Shown here: piece by piece, positions 17,734-28,777 of the stretch
Layout of the letters: each line of letters begins with the position of its first letter
Position numbering within the stretch: position 1 is the stretch's first letter
From: Candidatus Paceibacter sp.
Lineage (GTDB): Bacteria > Patescibacteriota > Patescibacteriia > DYGC01
Direction of reading: 5' to 3'
Assembly: GCA_020724925.1 (NCBI GenBank)
Contig: DYGC01000001.1
Coordinates: 5,228 to 69,227 of the forward strand
Length of the DNA stretch: 64,000 bases
Position numbers and translations under genes: made by a program
Notes under the pieces: generated by a model
Databases searched by the model: none
What the model was told of the DNA's origin: nothing
The model's input: the letters and a program-made list of their open reading frames with translations, nothing else

Positions 17734-18873
17734 ATGAAATTCACTTGTACCCAAGAAAACTTAAATCAAGGTTTTCAAATAGTGCAACACGCAACTAGTA
17801 AAAATTTAAATCTTCCAATATTAAATAATGTTTTAATTACTTTAAAAGATAAAGAAATTAAATTATTAACTACTAATCTTGATATTGGTATTAGTTACAC
17901 AGTTAGAGGAAAGATAGAACAGGAAGGTTCTTTTACAGTTAATGCTAAACTAGTTAGTGATTATGTTAACTTATTACCAAAAGAAAATATTGATATTGAA
18001 TTAGATAATAAAGATCAACTTCATGTTAAATGTTTAGGTCATCAAACTAAAATTAAAGGTTTAAATGCCAGTGATTATCCATTAATACCGGAATTAAACA
18101 AACAAAATAAAGCTACCATTAATGTTGAATTATTTAAAGAGGCTATTAATTCAGTGTTGTTTGCTGTTTCTAAAAATGAAAACAGACCGGAATTAAATGG
18201 TGTATTGTTTAAATTCAATAACAAACAATTGATTTTAGCTTCGACCGATAGTTATCGTTTAGCAGAGAGAAAAATTAATATTAAAAATAATAACTTAGGA
18301 TCACTTAATATTATCGTTCCTTCTAAAACTTTACAGGAATTGGTAAGGGTTTTATCAATATTAAAGAGTAATTTAAATAATGAATCGGAAATAGATATTT
18401 ATATTTCTGAAGGTCAAATTTTATTTACTTTAGATAATTTCGAATTAGTTTCTCGTTTGATAGAAGGTAATTATCCTGATTATGAACAAATTATCCCTGT
18501 TAAATTTAATACTCAAATGATTTCTTCAACCGCCGATTTTCTAAAAAACATAAAAACCGTTAGTTTATTTGTAAAGGAAAATATTAATGATATTACTCTT
18601 CAATTTCAGGTTAATAATAATGATCCTTTACAAAGTGAAGTTCACATCAGAGCTTTTAATGAGCAATTAGGGGAAAGTGATGCGGTTGTAAAATCAAATA
18701 TCACCGGCATTGATAATAATATAGTAGTTAATTATGTTTATTTATTAGAAGGTTTAAATAACATAAAAACTGAGGAAATAAAAGTGGAAATTATTGATAA
18801 TTTATCACCGATTGTTATTAGTTCTGCTAATCAAGATCAGTATTTATATATTGTGATGCCGATTCGTCAATAA
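17734..18873 (+). CDS. dnaN: DNA polymerase III beta sliding clamp
   Basis: 379 aa, three-domain clamp pattern, conserved position after dnaA. Confidence 0.9.
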   Translation: MKFTCTQENLNQGFQIVQHATSKNLNLPILNNVLITLKDKEIKLLTTNLDIGISYTVRGKIEQEGSFTVNAKLVSDYVNLLPKENIDIELDNKDQLHVKCLGHQTKIKGLNASDYPLIPELNKQNKATINVELFKEAINSVLFAVSKNENRPELNGVLFKFNNKQLILASTDSYRLAERKINIKNNNLGSLNIIVPSKTLQELVRVLSILKSNLNNESEIDIYISEGQILFTLDNFELVSRLIEGNYPDYEQIIPVKFNTQMISSTADFLKNIKTVSLFVKENINDITLQFQVNNNDPLQSEVHIRAFNEQLGESDAVVKSNITGIDNNIVVNYVYLLEGLNNIKTEEIKVEIIDNLSPIVISSANQDQYLYIVMPIRQ

Positions 18874-18878
18874 AAAAA

Positions 18879-19442
18879 ATGAATATTCTAATTATTGATA
18901 ATGAAACAATCAGACTGAAAGAATTAGTTTCATTATTAAAAAATCATAAATTAAAAATAATAAAAAGAAGTGAAATAGATTCTTTTGATTTTTTAAATAT
19001 TAATTTTATTGTACTTTCCGGTGGTAGTAATTTATCAATTGTTGGTAATGAAGATAAATATCAATCGGAAATTAATTTGATAAAAAATAGCAGTATTCCT
19101 ATAGTTGGTATTTGTTTAGGCTTTCAGCTAATTGCCTATATTTATGGATCTAATTTAATAAAATCAAAAGGGGAATATCAAACAATAGTTGATTTTAACA
19201 TTATTGAAAATGATTTTATTTTTAATGATTTATCAAATTTCAAAGTTTATGAGGCTCATAATTGGAAAATTGATAAAGTCCCTAAAGATTTTATAGTGTT
19301 GGCTGAGTCTGATGAAGCTATTCAAATTATAAAACATAAAAACCGAGAAGTTTATGGATTTCAGTTTCATCCTGAAATGTTCATTAATGAAACTTGTGGT
19401 AATAAAATTTTTAATAATCTTTTGAATAAATATAAAAAATAA
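18879..19442 (+). CDS. Class I glutamine amidotransferase-like protein (stand-alone GATase1 domain)
   Basis: Catalytic triad context: GICLGFQLIA (nucleophile Cys), GFQFHPE (His-Glu). Confidence 0.6.
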   Translation: MNILIIDNETIRLKELVSLLKNHKLKIIKRSEIDSFDFLNINFIVLSGGSNLSIVGNEDKYQSEINLIKNSSIPIVGICLGFQLIAYIYGSNLIKSKGEYQTIVDFNIIENDFIFNDLSNFKVYEAHNWKIDKVPKDFIVLAESDEAIQIIKHKNREVYGFQFHPEMFINETCGNKIFNNLLNKYKK

Positions 19443-19445
19443 AAA

Positions 19446-19474
19446 AAAGAAGGAATGTTTTTCCTTCTTTTTTA
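19446..19474. terminator. Bidirectional rho-independent terminator between the GATase gene and PBP1A
   Basis: AGAAGGAA-TGTTTT-TCCTTCT hairpin flanked by an A-run (19441-19447) and a T-run (19467-19474). Confidence 0.5.
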
Positions 19475-19475
19475 T

Positions 19476-22445
19476 TTAACGTAAGTTTAATAATCTTGTC
19501 TCCGTTTGTTTTTTGTTGCCATTACTGGTTATATCCAGATAATATTTATAATCGCCGGTTGTTTCTGGTGCTTGATTCCATTTAAAAGTATTACTTCCAT
19601 CAATAAAACTTTCATTAATTTTAAAGCACTTTGTTTCACCACCATCAATTGATTGATAGCAAAAATTCATTTCTTGAATTTGATTAGCACCAAGTACATC
19701 AGCGGTAAATACTAAAGGAAAAGCAGTAATCGGGTAAGTGTTATTATTTTGTGGATAAATAATGTTTATTTCTACTGGATAATTATTACTTGATATGTTA
19801 ATTGTTATTTCTTGTTCCGTGAAATTACCAACATCGTCACTGACTCTTACTTTAATAATGTGTTGTCCAATACTTTCATTATATAGAGAATATTCAACAT
19901 AATTGCTATTGTTACTAGGAATTATTTTATTGTCAAAGAAATACTCATATTTACTAATATCTCTTTTGGCAGTAGCTTGGACGGAAATATTTAATTTATT
20001 TTGGCTAATATTTTCATTATTTTGTGGTGAAATGATGGTTAAGTTTGGTTTATATTCAGGAGTATAAAAGTTTTCGTCACTTTCGGTGGGAGGGGTACTA
20101 ATATCAATCGGCTGCAGATCATCATTTGGATCGGCGTTGGCTTTTTCGTTATATTTAATTAACCAAGCTTGAATAGCGGATTCCCAACGTGTATAGAATG
20201 GATCGGCTGCGGGGTTTGTAGGATAAGGGCCATTGGGATTATTTTTATCACAATAATGGAGAATTGAATGTACTTCTCTAAAGGTTCTTTCTTCTACATA
20301 TTCTGCAGGTGTTTGGTCGGTGGCGATTCTTCCTGAAATTTTGTTTATTTTTAAAGTCACGCCTTTTAAAATACTACCATTTAAAACTGCTTTGGTGCTG
20401 TTGTTGTGGGGTGGGGCAGAAAAATATTCAATTGGTTTACCATCTAGTGCTTTTTGCATAAATTCTTTCCAGATTGGTCCAGCGACATAGACAGCATCAG
20501 CTTTGGGTCCGGACATTTCTTTGTTATCATTTCGGCCAACCCAAACACCAGTGGCCAGAGATGGCGTATAACCCATGGTCCAACCATCCTTATTATTATT
20601 GGTGGTACCGGTTTTTGCCGCGGCCTGGCGACCAGGTAAGTATAATGCGCTGTTAGCCCCAAAAATGTATTGTCGTGAAGGATCGTCACTCAAGACACTA
20701 TTTAACATTCGTACTGAATCTTGTTTAATAACTTGTTCACCAATTGTCTTGTTTTCATAGATAACATTACCTTGTCTATCAACAATTTTGGTAATTGGAC
20801 TTGGTTTGATATATAAGCCATCATTAGCAAAAGTTGCAAAAGATGATGTGTGTTCCAATAATTTAACTTCGGCACCACCAAGTACAAAGGTTAAACCAAA
20901 ACGATCCGGATCATTTAAGGTAGTATAACCAAATTTCTTGGCAATATCTAAAACATAATTTAATCCTGATAAATATAAAGTTTTTACGGCGGAGATGTTT
21001 AAAGATCCTTGAAGAGCTTTTCTCATGGTGACGGCACCGTATTCTTTAAAATTATAGTTGTATGGTTTGTAGCCGTTAAAATCAGTAACCACATCATAAA
21101 TTACCGTTTCTGGATAATAGCCTTTTTCAAAGGCGGATAAATAAACCAGAGGTTTAATTGAGGAGCCTGGTTGTCTTAAGGCCAAGGCAACATTGTATTG
21201 ACCATTATGATCATCATCAAAATAATCACGCGAACCAACCATTGTTAAAATATGACCATTTTTTGGATTGATTGAAACTAAGGCTGCGTTGTCACCGCCT
21301 TGTAGTTCAATGTTTTCCATATTTTTACTAATGGTCTCTTCGGCCAGTTTTTGTAAATTAAGATCAACGGTAGTATAAATTTTTAATCCACCATCTCTTA
21401 ATAATTGTTCACTATAATCATCCCCTAATAATTGATTGATATAATCAATAGTATACATTACAAAATGGGGGGCGATTATCTTATGATCATTTTTATTTTT
21501 AAAAATGATTTCATCATCTTTGGCATCATTATATTCATCTTCATTTATATAACCCTGGTCTTTCATTAAACTCAAAACTAATTGTTGTCTATCCAGTAAT
21601 TCATCAACATGACTACCAAACGGTGAAAAGTAAGATGGTCGTTGAATAATAGCCGCCAACACCGCCGCTTCAGCAATATTTAAATCTTTGGTACTTTTGC
21701 CAAGATAGTTTTGGGCGGCTGATTCAATTCCATAATAAACCGAACCAAAAGGAATTTCATTCAAATACATCTTTAATATTTGTTGCTTGTTAAATTTCTT
21801 TTCCAATTGCCAAGCCAAAATCATTTCCTTCAATTTACGAGTAATGGAAAATTCATTGGTTAAAATAGAGTTTTTTATAAATTGCTGAGTAATGGTGGAA
21901 GCCCCCTGATAAAAAGTTTTTGCTTTGCCGGTAAAGATTTTCCATACAATATTAATAGCATCAACGTAGATAGCCTTTAAAACGCGACGTGGAACCAATC
22001 CTTTATGATTATAAAAGTCTTTATCTTCAATTGCGACAACTGCATTGTAAACGTAAGAAGGCAAATCATCCAATTCGATGGAGGTGCGTTTTTCATCACC
22101 GTGTAATTCATATAATAAGGTTTTACCTTCGGAATCATAAATTTTCGTGGTTTCTGGCACAACGCGATTGATTAGTCCGTCGGTGGCTGGTAAATCTTTT
22201 GAAATATAAGCTACAAAAGCGGAAAATAAGATACCACCAACTAAGGCAACAATAACACCAATATAAAGAACCCAAGAAAATATTTTTTTCCAGTTTCTTT
22301 TCTTTTTGGGGGCAATCTCTTTTTGCTTGTTAAGATCATTTTTGAGAGAAGAGTTAGCCTTTTCTTGTTGGTAATCTTTTTTTATTTCATTAAAGGCGGA
22401 TTTGGCTAAATCTCTTTGATGAAAACGTTTTTTCTTTTTGGACAT
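19476..22445 (-). CDS. Class A penicillin-binding protein (PBP1A-type transglycosylase/transpeptidase) with ~250-aa C-terminal extension
   Basis: N-terminal TM anchor. GT51 motifs (EDKDFYNHKG, TITQQFIKN), transpeptidase SSIKP (SxxK), SLN and KTGTT motifs. The C-terminal ~250 aa is rich in N/Y/I with repeated YPQNN-type segments. Confidence 0.85.
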   Translation of the reverse strand: MSKKKKRFHQRDLAKSAFNEIKKDYQQEKANSSLKNDLNKQKEIAPKKKRNWKKIFSWVLYIGVIVALVGGILFSAFVAYISKDLPATDGLINRVVPETTKIYDSEGKTLLYELHGDEKRTSIELDDLPSYVYNAVVAIEDKDFYNHKGLVPRRVLKAIYVDAINIVWKIFTGKAKTFYQGASTITQQFIKNSILTNEFSITRKLKEMILAWQLEKKFNKQQILKMYLNEIPFGSVYYGIESAAQNYLGKSTKDLNIAEAAVLAAIIQRPSYFSPFGSHVDELLDRQQLVLSLMKDQGYINEDEYNDAKDDEIIFKNKNDHKIIAPHFVMYTIDYINQLLGDDYSEQLLRDGGLKIYTTVDLNLQKLAEETISKNMENIELQGGDNAALVSINPKNGHILTMVGSRDYFDDDHNGQYNVALALRQPGSSIKPLVYLSAFEKGYYPETVIYDVVTDFNGYKPYNYNFKEYGAVTMRKALQGSLNISAVKTLYLSGLNYVLDIAKKFGYTTLNDPDRFGLTFVLGGAEVKLLEHTSSFATFANDGLYIKPSPITKIVDRQGNVIYENKTIGEQVIKQDSVRMLNSVLSDDPSRQYIFGANSALYLPGRQAAAKTGTTNNNKDGWTMGYTPSLATGVWVGRNDNKEMSGPKADAVYVAGPIWKEFMQKALDGKPIEYFSAPPHNNSTKAVLNGSILKGVTLKINKISGRIATDQTPAEYVEERTFREVHSILHYCDKNNPNGPYPTNPAADPFYTRWESAIQAWLIKYNEKANADPNDDLQPIDISTPPTESDENFYTPEYKPNLTIISPQNNENISQNKLNISVQATAKRDISKYEYFFDNKIIPSNNSNYVEYSLYNESIGQHIIKVRVSDDVGNFTEQEITINISSNNYPVEINIIYPQNNNTYPITAFPLVFTADVLGANQIQEMNFCYQSIDGGETKCFKINESFIDGSNTFKWNQAPETTGDYKYYLDITSNGNKKQTETRLLNLR

Positions 22446-22516
22446 ATAAAATAATTATCATTATAAGTGTCTCTATAATGTTTATTGTAAAAAATAATAA
22501 GAAATTAAGCAAACCT

Positions 22517-23791
22517 TTATTTTAATCCAAGTGTTTCCTTGATAAAATCAATAGTCTTTTTGTTTAAAAGATTTTGTTCGATGTAATGAAGGAAACGTTT
22601 ATTGTTTTTCATTTCTTCGGCCGCCTCACCATATTGTGTTAATTGTTGATTGATTTCCTCTTCGGACACAGATAATTGGTTTTTTTCAACAATTTCTTTT
22701 AAAATTAAGGAAATTTTTACTCTTTTTTCGGCTTCCGGACGCATTTCTTTTAATAATTCTTCCTCGGTTTTTTTAATGTGTTCCAAATAATGGTCATAAT
22801 TTCCTCGTTGTTTTTCAATATTTTGCTTTAATTCATTAAGCATGACACGTGTTTCTTGATCAAGGAAAGCATCGTTGATATGGTCAAAATCGGCTTTTTT
22901 TAACAATTCGTCAAAAACTTGGTTCATATTTTGAATGTCGGCATTTTTGCTTTTCTCACCCAAAAGATTATTTTTCATAGCCTCTTTTAACTCAGCCAAA
23001 CTTCCATATTTTAGTTCTTTGGCCATTTCGTCGTTAATTTCTGGATATTCGCGTTCCATCACTTTGTTAATTTTTACTTTAAACTCAGCGGATTTTCCAG
23101 CAATCGGTTTATGTGGGTAGTCTTTTGGAAAGTCTAAATTAAAGGTTTTCTCTTCACCGGCATTTAATCCAATTAAGGCTTCTTCAAAGCCTGGAATCAT
23201 GGTTTGTTGGCCCACTACTAAGTGATAATCCTTGGCTGATCCACCTTCTAATGGCACGTTATCGACGGATACATCAAAATTTAAAATGGCGACATTGCCA
23301 TTGGTAATTGGTCGCAATATTTCTTTTTCTTTAGCCAAATACTCAAGCATTCCTTTCATTGATTCATCGACCTCTTTGTCTGAAACCTCTGGTTTTTCGG
23401 ATTTAATTTTGATTTTATCCCAAGCTTTTAATTCAACCGTTGGTAAATTATAAATAGTAGCTTTGAATTCAATAGGGTTATTGGGGGCCAATTTATCCAT
23501 TTCAATTTTTGGCGTGATAAATAGACGCAAATCATTTTCTTTTAAAATTTGGTTGAGGGCGGTATCAACAATATCTTCTACTGAACTTTGTAATAAATAC
23601 ATTTCCCCAACTTGCTTTTTAACCACATCGAAAGGGATTTTTCCGGCACGAAAACCATCAATTTTTAAATCTTTATTGATTTTTTTAGCGGTTTTTTCTA
23701 AAAATTGTTCAATTTCTTCATAAGGAATGTTAATTTCAAAACAAATTTCCCCCTTTTTTTCATCGATTTTTTTGTTTGCAACTAATTTCAT
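22517..23791 (-). CDS. tig: Trigger factor (ribosome-associated chaperone / PPIase)
   Basis: N-terminal ribosome-binding domain with GFRAGKIP, FKBP-type PPIase domain, C-terminal chaperone arm. 424 aa. Confidence 0.85.
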   Translation of the reverse strand: MKLVANKKIDEKKGEICFEINIPYEEIEQFLEKTAKKINKDLKIDGFRAGKIPFDVVKKQVGEMYLLQSSVEDIVDTALNQILKENDLRLFITPKIEMDKLAPNNPIEFKATIYNLPTVELKAWDKIKIKSEKPEVSDKEVDESMKGMLEYLAKEKEILRPITNGNVAILNFDVSVDNVPLEGGSAKDYHLVVGQQTMIPGFEEALIGLNAGEEKTFNLDFPKDYPHKPIAGKSAEFKVKINKVMEREYPEINDEMAKELKYGSLAELKEAMKNNLLGEKSKNADIQNMNQVFDELLKKADFDHINDAFLDQETRVMLNELKQNIEKQRGNYDHYLEHIKKTEEELLKEMRPEAEKRVKISLILKEIVEKNQLSVSEEEINQQLTQYGEAAEEMKNNKRFLHYIEQNLLNKKTIDFIKETLGLK

Positions 23792-23955
23792 AGTGTATTA
23801 TTTATGGATTAAATAAATTTTTATGTTTTTAAGATTATCATAGGTCATTTTGTTTGTAAAGTAATCATCAATTATAGTTAGAAACAACTTATCCACAGGC
23901 GTTTTTTACTTTTTTTATCTAAAATTAAACAAATAATAAAGATCTTAGGTTTTGG

Positions 23956-23985
23956 TTGGTCAGATATTAACAGCTATGCTATAAT
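23956..23985 (+). promoter_or_regulatory. Candidate sigma70 promoter with extended -10 (TTGGTC-18-TGcTATAAT)
   Basis: -35-like TTGGTC at 23956-23961, TG at 23977-78, -10 TATAAT at 23980-23985. A stem-loop (23997-24044) and a small ORF follow. Confidence 0.35.
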
Positions 23986-24076
23986 GGTTTTGTGAGTAAG
24001 TGATTCGGACTTATACGCCAAGGTCGGAGTCCAAGATAATCACTTATCAACAAAAAATAAAAATAAAAATAAAAGT

Positions 24077-24202
24077 ATGAAACAATTTAAAGAAGCCATG
24101 TATCACGAATTGTTCGTGAGAGATTGTACCAATATGTCTTACTTTGTGCTTTTTGCCTTAGTTATTGGTGCCAACTTGGCCTTAGCCGGTGGTTTGATCT
24201 AA
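24077..24202 (+). CDS. Small hydrophobic protein (41 aa), hypothetical
   Basis: ATG...TAA ORF encoding MKQFKEAMYHELFVRDCTNMSYFVLFALVIGANLALAGGLI, with a single TM-like C-terminal half. Preceded by a promoter and hairpin, followed by a terminator. Below the ORF-track length cut-off. Confidence 0.3.
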   Translation: MKQFKEAMYHELFVRDCTNMSYFVLFALVIGANLALAGGLI

Positions 24203-24233
24203 TATAACCATCATTACTATTGGGTAGATACTA

Positions 24234-24275
24234 AAAAAACGCTTATTTCTCCTTGAGAACCAAGCGCTTTTTTAG
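24234..24275. terminator. Bidirectional terminator-like hairpin
   Basis: A-run, CGCTT/AAGCG stem with 17-nt loop, then T-run (24269-24274). Lies between the small ORF and the 3' end of the minus-strand gene at 24287. Confidence 0.3.
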
Positions 24276-24286
24276 TTTGTGGTGGG

Positions 24287-25717
24287 TTATTTTCGTTTTT
24301 TATTTTTAACTTCCTCGATTGTTTTGAGCGTTAAAACATGGTTATCTATTTTTTCTTTAACTTCCTTTTTTAATTTTGATAAAGTATTAGCATTTTTGAT
24401 TTCATTATCTAGGGGGGTAGCTGGTTCTGTCTCGCTAATATAATTGCTTAGTATTAACTGAAGTGCTTTTATTTTTAATAAGGGCTTATTGTTTTCTAGA
24501 AATTTTTCAAAGTCTTTGATTTTTTCTTGTTTTTCTTTTTCTGGGCGAGGAGTTGAGAAGTATTGTTTATATTCTTTAATTTTAGCCTCAATTTGTTGTA
24601 ATTCTTTTCCGCTGATGCTGATCCCCTTTTGGTTTTTTTTGTAGTTAAATAAGAACAATTGTTTTATTAAGTCTGTGTTGTTTTCGGCCGGCGATGCCCC
24701 GGCAGATGTTAAAAAGCTTGTAAATTTATGATGTTTTTCCTTGGTGTGCTTAAGTGCTTCTTTGTTGTAGTTTTTAAAACGTTTTAATTCAACTTTGGCT
24801 TTTTCTATTAGTGTACCATTTTTTCCCTTGGCTTTTTTTTCATTTAATATTTCTAGGTTGTCATTTATAATATTATTCGAGGAGAGCCTGTGTATCTCAA
24901 TGATTAATTTGCTAAAATATTGCTTTTTGTCTTTTCGTTCGTTTTGGTAATGTTTTATGTCGGTGTCTATTTTATCAGCATTATGTATTTGAGTTGCTTT
25001 TAAGCTTGATAAATTATTGATTTTATAATCATAAAAATCAAGCTCAAAGTCCCTGATCATTTGAAGGTTTTTAACGGCGGTGTCAAGGTTTGTTTCTAGC
25101 CCACGTGCTTGCCGACTGGTTAGAAAGGTTTTCTTGTGGGCCGCTTTTTCAAGTTTTTGAAAAGCAAAAACATTTTTTATGACATCTAGTGTGATGATAT
25201 TGGCTTGCTCTATGCCAAAAAGTGTTGCTTCGGTTTTTTCCTGGTTATCAACACTGTAAGCATTTTCTAGGCCATTTAATAATTTTATTTGTTTTTCAAG
25301 GTCGGTGATGTGTTTTTGGGTGCCAGGGATGCTTTCTTTCCAATATTTCAACAATTTTTTGGTATTTTTAAAGTAACCAAGTTCGTCGAGAATACTTTTA
25401 TATTGTCTGGGGTATTTTTTTTCAATTAGGTTTTTTAATTCACCCAAGTTTAGGTATTTGGGATCCCTGGTAATAACGCTTGTTACAAAAGATATGCTTT
25501 CTTGTCTTGTTTTTAATAGTGACGACAGGACGTTTTTTTTATTGTTTAGTTCCTCAAAGATTTCATCGTTTGGTTTGTTTTTTTTTCCAATCAGATTGTA
25601 GATTTGAAAAATGTCTTTTTCGGCTTGGTCAAAATCAATAAAACCCTCTGTCATGGAATCCTTTACTTCGGAAAGGGTTGGTGTGTGTTCTTGGGCACTT
25701 TTAGGAAAATTAAACAT
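24287..25717 (-). CDS. Lysine-rich coiled-coil protein, hypothetical (476 aa)
   Basis: Low complexity, K/E/N-rich. No motif recognised. Confidence 0.4.
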   Translation of the reverse strand: MFNFPKSAQEHTPTLSEVKDSMTEGFIDFDQAEKDIFQIYNLIGKKNKPNDEIFEELNNKKNVLSSLLKTRQESISFVTSVITRDPKYLNLGELKNLIEKKYPRQYKSILDELGYFKNTKKLLKYWKESIPGTQKHITDLEKQIKLLNGLENAYSVDNQEKTEATLFGIEQANIITLDVIKNVFAFQKLEKAAHKKTFLTSRQARGLETNLDTAVKNLQMIRDFELDFYDYKINNLSSLKATQIHNADKIDTDIKHYQNERKDKKQYFSKLIIEIHRLSSNNIINDNLEILNEKKAKGKNGTLIEKAKVELKRFKNYNKEALKHTKEKHHKFTSFLTSAGASPAENNTDLIKQLFLFNYKKNQKGISISGKELQQIEAKIKEYKQYFSTPRPEKEKQEKIKDFEKFLENNKPLLKIKALQLILSNYISETEPATPLDNEIKNANTLSKLKKEVKEKIDNHVLTLKTIEEVKNKKRK

Positions 25718-25886
25718 ATTTTTATTTTTAATAAGAATTTTTAATTGCTACTACTTATAATAGTAAAAATTTTAACTTTAGACAAATTTTTATTAATGGC
25801 ATCAAATCATTTTGGCTTTTTGTCAATCTTGTTTTTTCTAAAAAAATTGCTATTATAGCGTTGTCATAATTAGTAAAATAAAAAAA

Positions 25887-26219
25887 ATGACCAGCCAACA
25901 ACAATTGCACCAACTGGTAGAAAAAGAACAGGAATTAGACCAGGCTTGGCAGCACGCCTTGGAAAAATCAGAAAATGAAATTCGTGAATATAATGATAAA
26001 CAAGAGGAACGTTTAAATAATCTGCGATCAGATGATGACTTGATTAAGTCGGTGGCTGGCTTGGTTGAGCAAGCAAAAAAGGATGGACAGTTGATATTAA
26101 TCAATCACCAAAGGGAATTAAAGAAAGTCTTGGGCGATTTGGAGGATCGCTACAGACAAAGAGAGGCCTTGCTAGCAAAACAGATTATCGAAAATTTTAA
26201 AAATAAATATAGCAATTAA
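25887..26219 (+). CDS. atpH: A/V-type ATPase subunit H (peripheral stalk, G-like)
   Basis: 110 aa all-coiled-coil protein at the head of an H-I-K-E-C-F-A-B-D operon. Assignment is by position and composition. Confidence 0.45.
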   Translation: MTSQQQLHQLVEKEQELDQAWQHALEKSENEIREYNDKQEERLNNLRSDDDLIKSVAGLVEQAKKDGQLILINHQRELKKVLGDLEDRYRQREALLAKQIIENFKNKYSN

Positions 26220-26220
26220 T

Positions 26221-28269
26221 ATGGCCGTACGCAGCATTAACAAAAAATATCTGGTTGTTCCTAAGGATAAGTATCAAATCGCTTTGGAGATTTTACAAAG
26301 TTATGCTGCCATACAACTTGAACCCTTGTCAGATGATGAGTTGGAACTGGAGGGCCGTGATGATTTTAAGCCCCTTGACGATAATGATAAAAGTGAATAT
26401 TGGTTAAGTAATATAAAGTTTGCCCTCAATTTTTTAAAAGATTATTTGCCTAAAACAAAAAAGGCTGGTTTTTCTTTTAAAAAGGAAAATATTGTCGTTA
26501 CAGAGAATGATATTGAGAGAATTTTGGCAGAATTTCCATTTAAACAGGTAGTTAAGGATTTAGAGAACCAAGAGAAAGCTTATAACGAAAATAAAAACGT
26601 TTTGAGTGTGTTGCGTCGTGAAGAAAAATTGATTGCTAATTGGAAAGATTTGGCAATTCATCCAGGTTCTTATAGTGAGTTTGAGGTGGTGGTAGGGTCG
26701 TTGCCGGTGCAAAAAATGACGGAATTTGAACATAAAATTAAAATGGAAAGTCATTTTTTTGATTTTATATCCTTACAAGAACAAGATCGTCGGATTTTTG
26801 GTGCGGCGGTGATATTGGGGACAGAAGTGGAAAAATTTGAGCAATTGGCCCATTTATATGATTGGCAAGGAGAGAAGCTTGATTTTAAGGACAGAAAAAC
26901 CATCAAGGATTTGTTGTTTGAAATTGATACCAAAAAACGTGAAGCCAAACGGAAGCTTAAAGAAATAGAAGGGGAAATTCAGAAAAATATTGTTTATTAT
27001 AAAAATTTCCAAATTTTGCATGATTATTATACCTGGCGAACCGAAAGATATAATGAAACAAAAAAAATGTTAGCCACGCAGAGTTCGGTGGTTTTACAGG
27101 GGTGGGTTCCAGAGGATTTATTAACTAGGATTAAACAACAATTTAAGAAAGCAATGGGTGATGAATGGGCGATTTTGCCAGCTCCTTTGAAGGACAACGA
27201 GGAGGTTCCGGTAGAAATTCAAAATCATCCAGGGGTTTTACCATTTGAGGCAGTGACTGATATTTATGGTAATCCAAAATCCGATGAACCAGATCCAACT
27301 ATTTTGTTAGCCCCGTTTTTTATTGTATATTTTGGTTTGTGTCTAACTGATGCCGGTTATGGTGTGATTTTGTCTTTGTTGGCTGGGTTGGGAATTTATT
27401 TGTTTAGACCAACCGGTGGCATGAAAAAATTGTTGTGGTTGATGGTTTATGGTGGTGCCGCCACGTTCATACTGGGCGCCTTGTTTGGTGGTTGGTTTGG
27501 TTTAAATCTGGAAACATTACCATGGCCGTGGTTAAGTGAATTGTTATTGCGTTTGCGGGTTTTAAATCCTAACACCGATCCGATTACGGTTTTAATTTTG
27601 ACTTTGATTTTAGGAATTGTACAAATCGTGATTGGTTTGTTAATTGGATTTTATTGGAAAATTAAACAGAAAAAATATACAGAAGCTTTTTTGGATAGTG
27701 GCTTGTGGGCATTATCATTAATTTTGATTTCTTTGTTTGTTTTGAGTTTACAAGGAATTTTCTTAGCAGATTTTAAGCAATGGATCATTTATAGTATTTA
27801 TGGTTGTTTATTGGCTTTGGTTTTGACGCAGGGAAGGCATTATAAAGGAATTGTCGCCAAGCTGGGCGTAGGCGTAATTAGTTTGTATAATTTTGTTGGT
27901 TATTTTAGTGATGTTTTATCTTTCTCTCGTTTGTTGGCTTTGGGTTTGGCAACCGGTATTATCGCCATGGTTGTCAATTTGATTGCTGGTTTGGTGTGGA
28001 ACGTGGCTTATGTTGGTTGGTTGTTGGGGATAATTATTTTGGTTGGCGGACATCTTTTCAACTTAGCAATTAATGTTTTGGGAGCTTATATTCACTCTGG
28101 CCGTTTGCAGTTCGTGGAATTTTTTCCCAAGTTTATGGAAGGCGGCGGTCGCAAGTTTAAACCAATTAAGCAAGAGTCAACATATATTAAGGTGAAAAAA
28201 GAGAAAGACGGGCCATTGTTGTTAGATGATGATTTGTCGCTTAATAAGGATTTGGAAGAGGATAAATAA
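26221..28269 (+). CDS. atpI: A/V-type ATPase subunit I (membrane a-subunit)
   Basis: About 330-aa cytoplasmic N-domain then about 8 TM helices, including the conserved Arg in SFSRLLALGLATG. Confidence 0.85.
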   Translation: MAVRSINKKYLVVPKDKYQIALEILQSYAAIQLEPLSDDELELEGRDDFKPLDDNDKSEYWLSNIKFALNFLKDYLPKTKKAGFSFKKENIVVTENDIERILAEFPFKQVVKDLENQEKAYNENKNVLSVLRREEKLIANWKDLAIHPGSYSEFEVVVGSLPVQKMTEFEHKIKMESHFFDFISLQEQDRRIFGAAVILGTEVEKFEQLAHLYDWQGEKLDFKDRKTIKDLLFEIDTKKREAKRKLKEIEGEIQKNIVYYKNFQILHDYYTWRTERYNETKKMLATQSSVVLQGWVPEDLLTRIKQQFKKAMGDEWAILPAPLKDNEEVPVEIQNHPGVLPFEAVTDIYGNPKSDEPDPTILLAPFFIVYFGLCLTDAGYGVILSLLAGLGIYLFRPTGGMKKLLWLMVYGGAATFILGALFGGWFGLNLETLPWPWLSELLLRLRVLNPNTDPITVLILTLILGIVQIVIGLLIGFYWKIKQKKYTEAFLDSGLWALSLILISLFVLSLQGIFLADFKQWIIYSIYGCLLALVLTQGRHYKGIVAKLGVGVISLYNFVGYFSDVLSFSRLLALGLATGIIAMVVNLIAGLVWNVAYVGWLLGIIILVGGHLFNLAINVLGAYIHSGRLQFVEFFPKFMEGGGRKFKPIKQESTYIKVKKEKDGPLLLDDDLSLNKDLEEDK

Positions 28270-28288
28270 TTTAATAATTAATAAGTAA

Positions 28289-28768
<480 letters not shown>

Positions 28769-28777
28769 TAAGAGTTT

